DNA of 64,000 bases. Source: Camelus dromedarius. Its lineage: Eukaryota. Positions 63,951-64,000 of this stretch are shown here, one piece after another. The DNA lies in contig NC_087436.1 in assembly GCF_036321535.1 (NCBI RefSeq), positions 45,138,001 through 45,202,000 on the forward strand. Reading direction: 5' to 3'. How positions within the stretch are numbered: the stretch's first letter is position 1; each line of letters begins with the position of its first letter. The position numbers were made by a program, and so were the translations under genes. The notes below the pieces were generated by a model. That model saw only the letters and a program-made list of their open reading frames with translations. It ran no database searches and was not told where the DNA came from.

Positions 63951-64000
63951 CATGCCAGTGACTAGAAGCTCTTGCTCTTACCAGGTAGTGACCTTGGGCC

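Noticed and set aside
1..64000. CRISPR arrays, operons or other prokaryotic systems
   Set aside because: The sequence is mammalian repeat-rich DNA; no repeat-spacer arrays or gene-dense regions were seen.

Overview
Mammalian non-coding genomic DNA (intergenic or deep intronic), most likely camelid (alpaca/llama/camel). That assignment rests on four short tRNA-derived SINEs of the Vic-1 type and a young camelid-style L1 3' end. I found no intact, recognisable protein-coding gene. The long ORFs in the track come from LINE remnants (L1 ORF2, L2 RT, L2 3' region) or are chance. The window is dense in interspersed repeats (MIR, L2, L1, MLT1/LTR33, MER2/MER5/MER20/MER63), named by eye from recalled consensus motifs, so boundaries are approximate. 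The main unexplained structure is a long-range inverted repeat: arms 27879-28048 and 30078-30278, with 122/152 gap-free complementary bases plus a perfect 21-bp block, enclosing a ~2.0-kb spacer with no repeat I could recognise. Also notable: a decayed intron-less retrocopy of an unidentified gene (10862-11680, minus strand), a CpG-enriched candidate minus-strand promoter/first exon near 44.5-45.0 kb, and a ~75-bp dispersed element that shares a core motif with the inverted-repeat arms.
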